Source: an uncultured Pelagibacteraceae bacterium (GTDB lineage: Bacteria > Pseudomonadota > Alphaproteobacteria > Pelagibacterales > Pelagibacteraceae). From it: a stretch of 64,000 bases of DNA. The translations under genes were made by a program, and so were the position numbers. Position 1 is the stretch's first letter, and every line of letters begins with the position of its first letter. The notes under the pieces are model-generated. The model ran no database searches. It was given only the letters and a program-made list of their open reading frames with translations, and was not told where the DNA came from. The stretch is from NCBI GenBank assembly GCA_902596045.1, contig CACJSJ010000001.1, positions 136,351-200,350 on the forward strand, written 5' to 3'. This document shows positions 20,645-30,960 of this stretch, in pieces.

Positions 20645-21903
20645 TATTGAATAACCTTATATCCGATATCTTTTCTATAAAATCCATTATTCCAACTAAT
20701 CTCATCTAGAATTTTAAGCGAACCTTGTCTTGCTGATTTAAAATCATTTGATCTAGTTACGATATTTAAAACTCTACCACCATTAGATAAAATATCATTA
20801 TCAACTAATTTTGTACCTGCATGAAAAATAAACTGGTTTTTTTTTAAATCTAATTTTTTAATATTAAGCGTAACATTATTTTTATATGTATCAGGATAAC
20901 CTTTTGAGCATAACACAATACAAATTGATTTATCATTATGCCATTCAATATTTAAGTCATGAAGTTTTTGTTCAATACATTTTTTTATTATAATTGAAAA
21001 ATCAGTTTTTAATTTTGGTAGTAATGTCTGACATTCTGGATCCCCCATTCTTACATTGTATTCAATTAAAAATGGTTCTCCATTTACAATCATTAACCCG
21101 GCATATAAAAAACCTTTATATTCACAATCAAGATCCTTTAAACCTTTCAATGTGGGTTCAATAATGCGATTAACTATTTTTTCATTTAACTTATCGGATT
21201 CTAATCTAGATGGTGAGTATGCTCCCATTCCACCCGTGTTTTTACCTTTGTCCCCTTCAAAAACCCTTTTATGATCTTGAGCCGTTCCAAACATTTTGTA
21301 ACTTTTACCATCAGAGATGATAAAAAAACTCATCTCTTCTCCTTTTAAAAATTCTTCAATAAGTAAATTTTCTGCTTTTCCAAATTTTCCATCAAATATT
21401 TCTTCTACTGCTTTCGATGCCTCTAAATAATTTTCTGAAATATACACACCTTTTCCAGCAGCTAAACCGTCAGCTTTAATCACAATTGGAAAATTACAGT
21501 TTTGTAGAAATGATAAAGCTGATTTTAGGTTTAAAAAAATTCCAAATCTAGCAGTAGGTATTTTATACTTTTCGCAAAGGTTTTTGGTAAATATTTTTGA
21601 ACCTTCAAGTTGTGAAGCTATTTTATTTGGACCAAAGACTTTAATATTAAATTTTTCTAAATAATCAACGATCCCATCTACCAAAGGTTTCTCTGGGCCA
21701 ATAATAACAAAGTCTATTTTATTTTGAATTATAAAATCTTTAAGTTTTTCAAAGTCATTTATGTTTATGTCTACATTTGTTGCTATAGAGTTTGTACCAG
21801 CATTTCCAGGAAAACAATAAATTTGTTTAATATTATTTGAATTTTTTAATGAGAAACATAAAGCATGTTCCCGGCCACCACTTCCTATTACACCAACTTT
21901 CAT
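20644..21903 (-). CDS. purD: Phosphoribosylamine-glycine ligase
   Basis: GSGGREHA, KADGLAAGKGV, QDHKR, NTGGMGA, EYNVRMGDPE. Confidence 0.98.
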   Translation of the reverse strand: MKVGVIGSGGREHALCFSLKNSNNIKQIYCFPGNAGTNSIATNVDININDFEKLKDFIIQNKIDFVIIGPEKPLVDGIVDYLEKFNIKVFGPNKIASQLEGSKIFTKNLCEKYKIPTARFGIFLNLKSALSFLQNCNFPIVIKADGLAAGKGVYISENYLEASKAVEEIFDGKFGKAENLLIEEFLKGEEMSFFIISDGKSYKMFGTAQDHKRVFEGDKGKNTGGMGAYSPSRLESDKLNEKIVNRIIEPTLKGLKDLDCEYKGFLYAGLMIVNGEPFLIEYNVRMGDPECQTLLPKLKTDFSIIIKKCIEQKLHDLNIEWHNDKSICIVLCSKGYPDTYKNNVTLNIKKLDLKKNQFIFHAGTKLVDNDILSNGGRVLNIVTRSNDFKSARQGSLKILDEISWNNGFYRKDIGYKVIQ

Positions 21904-21924
21904 ATAATGATATATAAACCAAAA

Positions 21925-22113
21925 ATGTTTAAAAAATTAGCAAAAATAAAATATTTACCAAATAATTTTGAAGTTATTCAAGATGGGGATCATGTGATTT
22001 GTGCAATTTCAGGAAAAAAAATTTCTTTAGAAAATTTAACGTACTGGAATGTTGAAAAACAAGAGGCATATTTTTCATACATAGAAGCTGCTAATAAAAG
22101 AGAAAATAATTAG
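21925..22113 (+). CDS. DUF2093-like small protein (start ATG 21925 or 21907)
   Basis: GDHVICAISG..I.L..L.YWNV..QEAY signature. Confidence 0.8.
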   Translation: MFKKLAKIKYLPNNFEVIQDGDHVICAISGKKISLENLTYWNVEKQEAYFSYIEAANKRENN

Positions 22114-22114
22114 T

Positions 22115-22975
22115 TTATTTCCACCTATTATGTGACCATATCCATTGATGAGGATTTCTAATAATCATATTTTCTAATAATTGATTTAATTCTAAAGTTA
22201 TATTTTCAGTAGTTTGATCGTTATCAAAATTTATGGGTTTCATAATCTCTAACATAAAATTTTCGTTATTTTTTCGTTCGATGTAAATTGGCACAATTTT
22301 ACAATTAAATTTTTTGATAAATTGAGCTGGAATAGTTGTTGTAAATGCATAATTTTTAAAAAATAAAGATTTCATACCTTCCGTAACTCTTTGATCAATC
22401 ATCAAAGCTATAGAAGTACCAGATTTAAAATGTTTTAAAATTTCTTTAGTCCCAGAGATTCCTTTTTTGATTTGTTTTTTGCAAATATATTTTTTTCTAA
22501 TATTTTCCATGATAGGATTTAGGAAATTATTGTTTAGTGGTCTATAAATCGCTGCTAAATCAACTCCTGATTTTTCAATATGCATCGCCATTAACTCAAA
22601 GTTATCAAAATGGCCAGAAATAAAAATTACAGGCTCTTTTGAAAATCTTATTTTTTCTAAAATTTCCTGACCTTTTATCTCTAAAAATTTTTCTGGCTCT
22701 ACTTCTCTAAAATATTTCATGAATACATATTCGGCTAAGATTTTTCCATAGCTTTTCCACATTTTTTCTATGATATTTTTTTTAAATTCTTTACTAGTGT
22801 TAGAAAATGCAAATGAAATATTTTTTTCAATAACTTTTTTTGATCTAAAAAAAGGACCAAATATTGAAAAAAATTTACTTGCCACTTTTCTTGATAATCT
22901 TAAACCTATAAATTTAAAAAGAATTAAAATAAAAAATATAAATAAAAATTGAAAAAAGTACTTTATAAGTTTCAT
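22115..22975 (-). CDS. lpxL: Lipid A lauroyl/late acyltransferase
   Basis: GHFDNFE, DQ, PHQWIWSHNRWK. Confidence 0.88.
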   Translation of the reverse strand: MKLIKYFFQFLFIFFILILFKFIGLRLSRKVASKFFSIFGPFFRSKKVIEKNISFAFSNTSKEFKKNIIEKMWKSYGKILAEYVFMKYFREVEPEKFLEIKGQEILEKIRFSKEPVIFISGHFDNFELMAMHIEKSGVDLAAIYRPLNNNFLNPIMENIRKKYICKKQIKKGISGTKEILKHFKSGTSIALMIDQRVTEGMKSLFFKNYAFTTTIPAQFIKKFNCKIVPIYIERKNNENFMLEIMKPINFDNDQTTENITLELNQLLENMIIRNPHQWIWSHNRWK

Positions 22976-22976
22976 A

Positions 22977-23909
22977 TTAATTATTTAATAGTTCAATAAA
23001 TTTTTCTTCATTTTGGATAATTAAATCTATAGCAATAAAATCTATTTCTTTTTTAAATTCTTCTGGAATTTTCATATAATCTTTTTCAGTAGTCAAAATT
23101 TTTAAATTTTCATTTTTTGCATTAATTTTAATTTTTTCAAAATCATTTTGGCTATATTTATAGTGATCAGAAAATATTAATTCTTTTCTAACATCAAATT
23201 TATTTTCTAACAAAATATCTTTAAAATCAGAGGGATTACCTATTCCAGAAAATATTAAATATTTAGAATTTAAATCATATTTTTGTATGTTTGATATCTC
23301 ATAAAATGTTTTAAAAATTTTGATATTTGAGTTTATTTTTTTAATTTGATTTTCAATTTTTTCAAAATTATCTGAGTTTCCATTAAGGATAACTGCATCA
23401 AATTTCTTTAAACTTGAAATTTTTTCTCTCATTGGTCCTGCTGGAATTAGCTGGCCATTCCCAATCCAATTTTTTGATTTAAAGCATACTAACTTAATAT
23501 CAAAATCAATTTCTGATTCTTGTAGTCCATCATCAAATATTAAAACTTTATAATTTTGATTTATGCCCTCATTAATCGCATTTTTTCTTGAATTTGAAAT
23601 AATTAATGAAGTTTTTTGTTTTAATAAAAGTTGCTCATCTTTTTGATTAGAATAATTCTTTTTTACAGTAGCTACTTTATTATTTAGTTTTTTTAAAATT
23701 TCATAAATTTTAATAGAAAGAGGAGTTTTTCCAGTACCGCCCAAATAGATGTTTCCTACGCAAATAGTTTTAATATTTGATGATTTTTCTTTTTTAAGAA
23801 ATTGAAATAAAAAATTTCTCAATAAGATTGGCAATGTTAATGGAATTAATAAATAAGAAACCAAATTCGGCTTTGGTAAATCCCAAAATGAAGGTTTTTT
23901 TAGACTCAT
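22977..23909 (-). CDS. lpxK: Tetraacyldisaccharide 4'-kinase
   Basis: VGNIYLGGTGKTP, DDGLQ, PAGPMRE, TTEKD. Confidence 0.95.
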   Translation of the reverse strand: MSLKKPSFWDLPKPNLVSYLLIPLTLPILLRNFLFQFLKKEKSSNIKTICVGNIYLGGTGKTPLSIKIYEILKKLNNKVATVKKNYSNQKDEQLLLKQKTSLIISNSRKNAINEGINQNYKVLIFDDGLQESEIDFDIKLVCFKSKNWIGNGQLIPAGPMREKISSLKKFDAVILNGNSDNFEKIENQIKKINSNIKIFKTFYEISNIQKYDLNSKYLIFSGIGNPSDFKDILLENKFDVRKELIFSDHYKYSQNDFEKIKINAKNENLKILTTEKDYMKIPEEFKKEIDFIAIDLIIQNEEKFIELLNN

Positions 23910-25156
23910 ACTTTGTTTAAAATTAAATCTATTTCATAAATATTTTTTTTTAAAATTTTCTTTCCAATTTTACTTATTTTATTCTTTATATTTTTTTGTG
24001 TTTTTTTAGAAGTGAAGAGTTTATCCAATGTGTTTATTGCTTGATTTAAATTTTTTATTTTTTTTGAGATTTTTTGATTATTAAGAAATTGATAAATTTC
24101 GGTAAAGTTAAAAACATTAGGTCCATGTAAAATATTACAGTTATACCTGACAGCTTCAAGAGGATTTTGCCCACCATGTTTTATTAGTGACCCACCCAAG
24201 AATATATTTTTTAAAACCGAATAAAATGATTTAGTTTTACCAAAAGAATTTACTAAATAAATATCTGTGTCTTGGCTAATCTTAGTTTTTGGTTCATGCA
24301 TATGAACTTTTAAACCTAAATTTGATAACTCATCTCTTATAAGTTCTTTTCTATCTATGTGCCTAGGGATAATAACAGTCAAAAGATTTTTATATTTTTT
24401 TTTTAATCTTTTATGAACAAGACCAAAAAATTTTTCTTCTGAGTTGTGAGTACTAGAAGCACACCAAGAAGTTCTCTTTTTAATAAACTTTATAGTTTGA
24501 TTATCGATCTCGGTCTTTTCATTTTCTGATTGTGAATACTTTAAGTTACCAAAATATTTTATATTTTTTGCTCCTAATTTTTTTAAAAAATTTACTGTTT
24601 CTTTATTTGATGACATACAAATATTAAATTTATTAAATATTGATTGCGAAAAACTTTTAAACTTGATCCATCTATTATAGGATTTTTTAGTTATTCTTGC
24701 GTTAATGAGTATTGTAGGAATCTTTTTTTTATCTAAGTTTATTAACATATTAGGCCAAATCTCAGAATCTATAAATAATGCTATAGATGGTTTCCAATAA
24801 CTAATAAATTTTTTTACAATAAAATTATTATCTATAGGGAAAAATTGATGAGTAATTTTCTTAAGTTTAATTTTTGAAATTATTTTTGCAGAACTTAAGG
24901 TGTTAGAGGTTATTAATATTTGATCAATTTTTTTTGATTTATCATATTTTTCTAACAGAGGTATTATGCTTTGGATTTCACCTACACTCGCTCCATGAAA
25001 CCATACTAATTTTCCCTTAAATCTTTTTTTTGTAAAAAAGCTTAATTTTTCTTTAAATCTGATAAAATCTTCTTTTTTTTTTAATAATCTTAATAAGATT
25101 ATTAATGGAGATAATATTAAAATTAAATTTATTAAAATTCTATAAATAAAAATCAT
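23906..25156 (-). CDS. waaA: Kdo transferase
   Basis: WFHGASVGE, SEIWPN, GGSL...GGQNPLE. Confidence 0.95.
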   Translation of the reverse strand: MIFIYRILINLILILSPLIILLRLLKKKEDFIRFKEKLSFFTKKRFKGKLVWFHGASVGEIQSIIPLLEKYDKSKKIDQILITSNTLSSAKIISKIKLKKITHQFFPIDNNFIVKKFISYWKPSIALFIDSEIWPNMLINLDKKKIPTILINARITKKSYNRWIKFKSFSQSIFNKFNICMSSNKETVNFLKKLGAKNIKYFGNLKYSQSENEKTEIDNQTIKFIKKRTSWCASSTHNSEEKFFGLVHKRLKKKYKNLLTVIIPRHIDRKELIRDELSNLGLKVHMHEPKTKISQDTDIYLVNSFGKTKSFYSVLKNIFLGGSLIKHGGQNPLEAVRYNCNILHGPNVFNFTEIYQFLNNQKISKKIKNLNQAINTLDKLFTSKKTQKNIKNKISKIGKKILKKNIYEIDLILNKV

Positions 25157-26898
25157 TAAGATTTTCTTAACTGCTTATCGTAAAAATTTTTATATGTTTC
25201 AGAAGATTTAAGTAATTCATCATGTTTTCCATGATCAATAACTTGACCTTTATCAATTACATAAATTACATCGGAATTTAATATTGTGGAAAGTCTATGT
25301 GCAATAACTATTGTAGTTCTTCCTTTTGTTAAAAAGCTAATTGCTTTTTGAATTTTATTCTCAGTTTCAGCATCTAAAGATGAAGTTGCTTCATCAAGCA
25401 ATATAATTGGGCTTTTCTTCAGAATGGCCCTTGCTATAGATAATCTTTGTTTTTCACCTCCAGAAAGCCTAACACCATTTTCACCAATTAATGTGTCGTA
25501 TTTATTGGGTAATTTTTCAATAAATTCACTTGCAAATGAATGTTGTGCTGCTTCCTTAATATCATTCATCGAAGCATTTAAATTTGCGTATGCAATATTA
25601 TTCAAAATTGTATCATCAAACAGGGTAGTGTCTTGGCTAACTAAGGATATATTTTTTCTTAAAGAAAAAATTGATGACGCATAAATTGATTGTTTATCAA
25701 TTTTAATATCACCTTCATCTGCATCATAAAATCTCGGTATAAGATTTAAAACCGTTGATTTTCCAGCTCCACTATGACCAACTAATGCAGTCATTTTTTG
25801 ACCAGGAATATGGAGATTAACAGAATTTAAAACTTTAGAGCCTTCTTTGATGTAATGAAAATTAATCTTTTCAAATTCAATTTCTCCCTTGTCTACCTCT
25901 AATTCTTTAGCATTTTTTTTGTCTTGAACATCTGGAACATGGTCAATCAATGGAAGAACACTTTTAGCTCCAGCTATACCTTGTTGAACAGCAATATTTA
26001 AAGTTGCTAAAGATCTAACAGGTTGATAAGCCAACATCATTGCTGCTAAAAAAGAAAAAAAATTACTTACTTCAAGCTCGTTTTTAGAAATCAAAATCGC
26101 AGATATATAAATTAAGACTGCAATCATTATACCAGTAAGAACTTCCATAATAGGAGAGGGCCTTACAAATACCACAGCAATTTTTTGAGCAGTTTCTTTT
26201 AAATCCTCAATTAATTTATTTGCTCTTTCTTGTTCGTAATTTTCTCTTTGAAAAATTTTAGCAAGTTTATGATTTTTTAAAATCTCCATTAGATATGAAT
26301 TAAGAGTTCCAGCCTTTTTCATTTGTTGATTTGTAACTTTACCTATTCTCTTTCCTAATGATTTTGCTGCGAAAGAGGCAATCGGTATCAAAATGATTGC
26401 AAACAATGAAAGTTTCCAGTTTTGATAAAACATTACAGATAATAAACCGATTAAGGTAAGACTGTCCTTAAAGAGATTTAAAATTCCTGTGCTAACAAGA
26501 TTAGTAATCATGCTAACATCATTTGATATATTACTAATAAATTGACCTGAGTGTTTATTTTCAATTAATTTAGTGTCAGCATTCAATATTGATGAGAATA
26601 CATCAAATTGTATATCCTTTGTGACATCAACAGCAACTCCTATCATTATAACTTTTGCAATATATAAAGAGGCAGCCTTAATTGTAAAAGCTAAAATAAT
26701 TAGTCCAGGTATAACAAGTATCAAATTTTTTTTTTGTTCAATGAATAATTGTTTAATTGCAGGATCTAATAAATAAGCAACAGAAGAAGTGCTCCCAGCT
26801 AATAGTATCGTAAAAAAAACAGAAAGAGCAATTTTTTTTACATATTTTTTAGTATAATCTTTGTATAAACGTTTTAAAATTTCAAAGTCACTAGTCAT
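25156..26898 (-). CDS. msbA: Lipid A flippase ABC transporter
   Basis: TMD plus GHSGAGKST, LSGGEKQR, LLDEATS; context with waaA/lpxK. Confidence 0.88.
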   Translation of the reverse strand: MTSDFEILKRLYKDYTKKYVKKIALSVFFTILLAGSTSSVAYLLDPAIKQLFIEQKKNLILVIPGLIILAFTIKAASLYIAKVIMIGVAVDVTKDIQFDVFSSILNADTKLIENKHSGQFISNISNDVSMITNLVSTGILNLFKDSLTLIGLLSVMFYQNWKLSLFAIILIPIASFAAKSLGKRIGKVTNQQMKKAGTLNSYLMEILKNHKLAKIFQRENYEQERANKLIEDLKETAQKIAVVFVRPSPIMEVLTGIMIAVLIYISAILISKNELEVSNFFSFLAAMMLAYQPVRSLATLNIAVQQGIAGAKSVLPLIDHVPDVQDKKNAKELEVDKGEIEFEKINFHYIKEGSKVLNSVNLHIPGQKMTALVGHSGAGKSTVLNLIPRFYDADEGDIKIDKQSIYASSIFSLRKNISLVSQDTTLFDDTILNNIAYANLNASMNDIKEAAQHSFASEFIEKLPNKYDTLIGENGVRLSGGEKQRLSIARAILKKSPIILLDEATSSLDAETENKIQKAISFLTKGRTTIVIAHRLSTILNSDVIYVIDKGQVIDHGKHDELLKSSETYKNFYDKQLRKS

Positions 26899-27762
26899 TT
26901 ATATTTTGCCACCTATTAAACCAATCAAAACCAATAAACCTAAAAAATTATTAGATTTAAATATATTAAAACACTCAAGACTGTTTTTTATATCGAGTTT
27001 TTTGAGCTGAAAATAAAACATTTGTAATATGATTAATATGAATATGAAGTAAAAAAAACTATTTAATTCAATAAAAAAACCTGTGATTAAAAGATTTAGT
27101 AAAAAAATCGAGTAGCATAATGTTAAAAATTTATAAGGGTTTTTTTTAAATTTAATTGATGTTGATTTTAATCCTATTATTTCATCATCTTTAATATCTT
27201 GATATCCATAAATTGTGTCATAACCCAGTGTCCAAAATATGGCTCCAAAATAAAAAATTAAAGGATTTAAAGATATTGAGGAATTGATTGCAGTCCATCC
27301 AAGTATTAATCCATAATTGAAAGTTACACCTAAAAAAAGTTGAGGCCAATAAGTATATCTTTTCATCAATGGATAAGTAAATGCTAAAGGCATAGATGCT
27401 AGTGCAATTATAATAGTAAAATTATTGAAATTAATGAGAACTAAAAAAGCTAACAGGCAAAGTATAGTTGCATAAATTAATCCAAGTGTAACAGAAATTT
27501 TTCCAGAAGCTATTGGCCTATCTTTAGTTCGTAAAACTTTTTTATCAAATTTTCTATCCAATATATCATTAACAATGCACCCTGCCGATCTCATTAAGAC
27601 TGAACCAAGAAAAAAAAGTGTGAGATAAAAGAAATATTCATTTAGATTATTAGAAAAATCGTAACCTATAGTTAAACCCCATGCACATGGCCAAAAGAGT
27701 AGCATATAACCAATTGGTTTTTTTAATCTGGTGAGTTCTATAAATAAGTTTAATTGGTTCAT
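26899..27762 (-). CDS. ubiA: 4-hydroxybenzoate polyprenyltransferase
   Basis: NDILDRKFD..V.RT..RP, YDTIYGYQD.KDD. Confidence 0.95.
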   Translation of the reverse strand: MNQLNLFIELTRLKKPIGYMLLFWPCAWGLTIGYDFSNNLNEYFFYLTLFFLGSVLMRSAGCIVNDILDRKFDKKVLRTKDRPIASGKISVTLGLIYATILCLLAFLVLINFNNFTIIIALASMPLAFTYPLMKRYTYWPQLFLGVTFNYGLILGWTAINSSISLNPLIFYFGAIFWTLGYDTIYGYQDIKDDEIIGLKSTSIKFKKNPYKFLTLCYSIFLLNLLITGFFIELNSFFYFIFILIILQMFYFQLKKLDIKNSLECFNIFKSNNFLGLLVLIGLIGGKI

Positions 27763-27771
27763 AAAATTTAC

Positions 27772-27800
27772 TTGTAAATAACAAAGGCAAGATTGATAAT
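27772..27800 (+). promoter_or_regulatory. Putative sigma70 promoter of the DUF2721 gene
   Basis: TTGTAA-N17-GATAAT upstream of ATG 27814. Confidence 0.45.
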
Positions 27801-27813
27801 CAAACTGATTCGT

Positions 27814-28218
27814 ATGAATATAGATTACACAGTCACAGCCTTAATGTTTCCTGCTATTCCGCTATTAATGAATATATACAGCAATAGATTTCATTCACTT
27901 AGTAAATTGATTAGAGAACTTCATGACGAGCATGTTTATGAAAAACACATTCCAGCAGAGTGGAAAAAGCAATTTATTAATTTAAGCGGAAGGATAACAT
28001 TATTAAGATGGTCAATAATGTTTGGGGCTTTTGGGTTTCTTTTTAATATGCTTACTGTACTTGGTCTCTATTTGAATGAAATTTTTATAGCGAGATTAAT
28101 CTTTGGTTCTTGTTGTTTATCCATGATCATTTCAATTATTTTTTTTATTAGAGAAATTCATATTTCAACAAATGCTTTAAGACTTCATATGTCTGATATG
28201 GATGTTAATGTAGATTAA
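27814..28218 (+). CDS. DUF2721-like membrane protein
   Basis: FPAIPLL..YSNRF...IRELH, EIHIS..AL; ATG at 27814. Confidence 0.78.
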   Translation: MNIDYTVTALMFPAIPLLMNIYSNRFHSLSKLIRELHDEHVYEKHIPAEWKKQFINLSGRITLLRWSIMFGAFGFLFNMLTVLGLYLNEIFIARLIFGSCCLSMIISIIFFIREIHISTNALRLHMSDMDVNVD

Positions 28219-29186
28219 GGAATTATTACAGCAGGTCCTAAAATTTTTCTACTTTCTAAATCTTGATGAGCTTTTATAATTTCATTTAAAGAATATTTTT
28301 TAAAAATATTTAATTTAAATTTATTACCAATAAACATTTCAAAAACTTTATTAGCAGCTTCATCAAGCTCTTCTCTGGTTGTTGTATAATGAGCAATACT
28401 TGGCCGAGTTAAATACAAACCTTTTGGGGCCAAAGATTTTGTTACATTGCATGGATCTAAAGGACCAGATGCATTTCCAAAAGAAACCATCATGCCTCTA
28501 AGTTTTAAACATTCAATTGAGCCATCAAAAGTTTTTTTACCAACACCATCATAAACAACAGGTACACCAATGCCATTAGTAATCTCTTTTACCTTTTCTG
28601 TAAAATTTTCTTTTGAATAATTAATTACATGATCACAACCATTAGCTTTTGCAATTTGAATTTTTTCGTCAGACCCAACTGTTCCAATTACCTTACACCC
28701 CAAACTTTTTGCCCATTGGCAAAATATTTGTCCAACTCCTCCAGCTGCTGCATGAAATAAAATGGTTTCACCAGATTTGACAGGATAAGTTTTGTGTAGA
28801 AGATAAAAAACTGTAAAACCTTTAGTCATTAAAGTCACTACATTTTCTAAATCAATCTCATTTGGAACTTTGACTAATTTTTTTGTAGGAAAAATTCTGT
28901 GTGTTGAATAAGAGCCAATTGGCATCGAAGCATAAGCAACTCTATCTCCAACTTTAAAATCTTTTATATCAGGACCAATTTTTTCAATTACACCAGCACC
29001 TTCTATTCCAATATTAGATGGTAATTCAACAGGGTAGAGACCAGATCTGTGATAGGTGTCTATGTAATTTAAGCCAATTGCTTCATTCTTTATTAGTACT
29101 TCACCAGATTTAGGATCTCCAAGTTTAATATCTTTTAGCTCCAAAACTTCAGGGCCACCGTTTTTTGAAATTGTTACTGCTTTCAT
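28215..29186 (-). CDS. qor: NADPH:quinone oxidoreductase (zeta-crystallin type)
   Basis: GLNYIDTYHRSGLY, HAAAGGVG, VYDGVG, FGNASG. Confidence 0.93.
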   Translation of the reverse strand: MKAVTISKNGGPEVLELKDIKLGDPKSGEVLIKNEAIGLNYIDTYHRSGLYPVELPSNIGIEGAGVIEKIGPDIKDFKVGDRVAYASMPIGSYSTHRIFPTKKLVKVPNEIDLENVVTLMTKGFTVFYLLHKTYPVKSGETILFHAAAGGVGQIFCQWAKSLGCKVIGTVGSDEKIQIAKANGCDHVINYSKENFTEKVKEITNGIGVPVVYDGVGKKTFDGSIECLKLRGMMVSFGNASGPLDPCNVTKSLAPKGLYLTRPSIAHYTTTREELDEAANKVFEMFIGNKFKLNIFKKYSLNEIIKAHQDLESRKILGPAVIIP

Positions 29187-30019
29187 TTTACAAACGTATC
29201 ATTATGATAATCTTGAACTGCTTGCAATATTTCTGCTTTAGTATTCATTACAAATGGCCCGCCACGAGCAATTTCCTCATTAATAGGTTTTCCTGAAATT
29301 AATAAAAATTTTACATCTGATTTAGCTATTATCTTTAATTCTTCACCTTTGGATAATAATATGAGAGTGCTATCTTTCACTTTATTGTGTTTTTTCTCAC
29401 CAATTTCAATTTCTCCATTAATTAAATAAACAAACGAATTGTGACTAGAAGGTAATTTAAAATTAAATTTTTTATCTTTATTAAGTTCAACATCAAAATA
29501 AACTGGCTCAACATTATGTCCTTTAACAGGGCCTTCTGCTTTTTCAAATTTACCAGCTATGACTTTTACTATTTTGTCATTATCTTTATGGATACTCATT
29601 TTATCAGCATCAATATAAATATATTCTGGTTTACTCATTTTTAATCTAGCAGGCATATTTATCCATAATTGGAATCCATGAAGTTTCCCTTCTTTCATTG
29701 CGGGCATTTCTGAATGAATAATACCGCTACCAGTTTTCATCCACTGAACATCCCCAGCAGTCATTCTACCTTCGCCACCTGTGCTATCTTTATGTTCAAA
29801 ATCACCAGCCAACATATAGGTGACAGTTTCAATACCTCTATGTGGGTGGGGAGGAAAACCTGCGATGTAATCTTCACTATTTTCTGATCCAAATTCATCT
29901 AACATTAAAAATGGGTCAAAGTAGTTTGGTTCAACACCAATACTTCTTTTCAATTTAACTCCAGCACCATCTGATGCTGGAATAGGATCAATAATTTTAC
30001 TTACTTCAATATTTGACAT
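29183..30019 (-). CDS. Pirin-family protein
   Basis: DPFLMLD, HPHRGIETVTY, HSEMP, GPFVMN. Confidence 0.95.
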   Translation of the reverse strand: MSNIEVSKIIDPIPASDGAGVKLKRSIGVEPNYFDPFLMLDEFGSENSEDYIAGFPPHPHRGIETVTYMLAGDFEHKDSTGGEGRMTAGDVQWMKTGSGIIHSEMPAMKEGKLHGFQLWINMPARLKMSKPEYIYIDADKMSIHKDNDKIVKVIAGKFEKAEGPVKGHNVEPVYFDVELNKDKKFNFKLPSSHNSFVYLINGEIEIGEKKHNKVKDSTLILLSKGEELKIIAKSDVKFLLISGKPINEEIARGGPFVMNTKAEILQAVQDYHNDTFVK

Positions 30020-30025
30020 TAAATT

Positions 30026-30214
30026 TTATCCACATCTATTACATCTAACTGTAGCAAATATATCATCCCATTCAGACTCTTTTTCTTCAACATAATCTAA
30101 AAGACATCTTAAAGCTTTTGATTGATCAGGAAGATCATATTTATCAACTATTTGTTCTAGCATCTTTTCAGAGTCAGAATAAATTTCGAAAGTTGTATCT
30201 TTTTTTTCACTCAT
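30026..30214 (-). CDS. 62-aa protein, RHH-like pattern with C-terminal CNRC
   Basis: Clear AGGAG RBS; 6-bp gap to pirin; pattern TTFEI...SKALRCLLDY. Confidence 0.8.
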   Translation of the reverse strand: MSEKKDTTFEIYSDSEKMLEQIVDKYDLPDQSKALRCLLDYVEEKESEWDDIFATVRCNRCG

Positions 30215-30280
30215 ATTTCTCCTATTTTCTTTTATACATTACATCTTCTGAATATTTTAAAAACAGGTTAAATGAGCACT

Positions 30281-30943
30281 TCAAATTAAGCTTATTAATT
30301 CTGACAAATTTTCTATTTCTGTGTGAGGTTTATAATCTAAATTATCAAAAATACTTTTATTTCTGTTAACCCAAATCGAGTTGAAGCCATAATTTCCTCC
30401 ACCTGAAACATCCCATGTATTTGCACTCAAGAAAGCAACTTCATTTTTTTCAATTTTATATTTTTTAATAGGTAGGTCGTAGACTTTTGAGTCAGGTTTA
30501 TAAATTCCTACCTCTTCAATAGAAAATAAATCATCAAATAAATCATCCAAGTTATTACTCCTAACTAATTCATTTAAGAGAGAGGGAGTCCCATTTGAAA
30601 GTATAGCTAATTTAAAATTTTTTTCTTTTAATGTTTTTAGAGTTTCTGGGACTTCTTTAAAGGGTGAGAGAACTTTATATAAATTTAACAATTCATTTTT
30701 CATTGAATGATCTATATTAAAAGCTTTCATTGATTTATCTAAACTGTCCTCCGTAACTTGCCAAAAATCTTTATGTTTGTTCATTAAACTTCGAAGCCAG
30801 GTATATTCTAGCTGAGTCGTTCTCCAAAAGTTTGCAAAACCTTCCCACTTATCTCCAATTTTATCTTTACATTTTTCAGCAGCTGAATTGACATCAAACA
30901 ATGTCCCGTAAGCATCAAAAATTATTGCTTTAATATTTTTCAT
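30281..30943 (-). CDS. L-2-haloacid dehalogenase (type II HAD)
   Basis: FDAYGTLFDV, WR..QLEY, LSNG, YKP, SANTWD. Confidence 0.92.
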   Translation of the reverse strand: MKNIKAIIFDAYGTLFDVNSAAEKCKDKIGDKWEGFANFWRTTQLEYTWLRSLMNKHKDFWQVTEDSLDKSMKAFNIDHSMKNELLNLYKVLSPFKEVPETLKTLKEKNFKLAILSNGTPSLLNELVRSNNLDDLFDDLFSIEEVGIYKPDSKVYDLPIKKYKIEKNEVAFLSANTWDVSGGGNYGFNSIWVNRNKSIFDNLDYKPHTEIENLSELISLI

Positions 30944-30960
30944 AAACTAACTTAACATAA

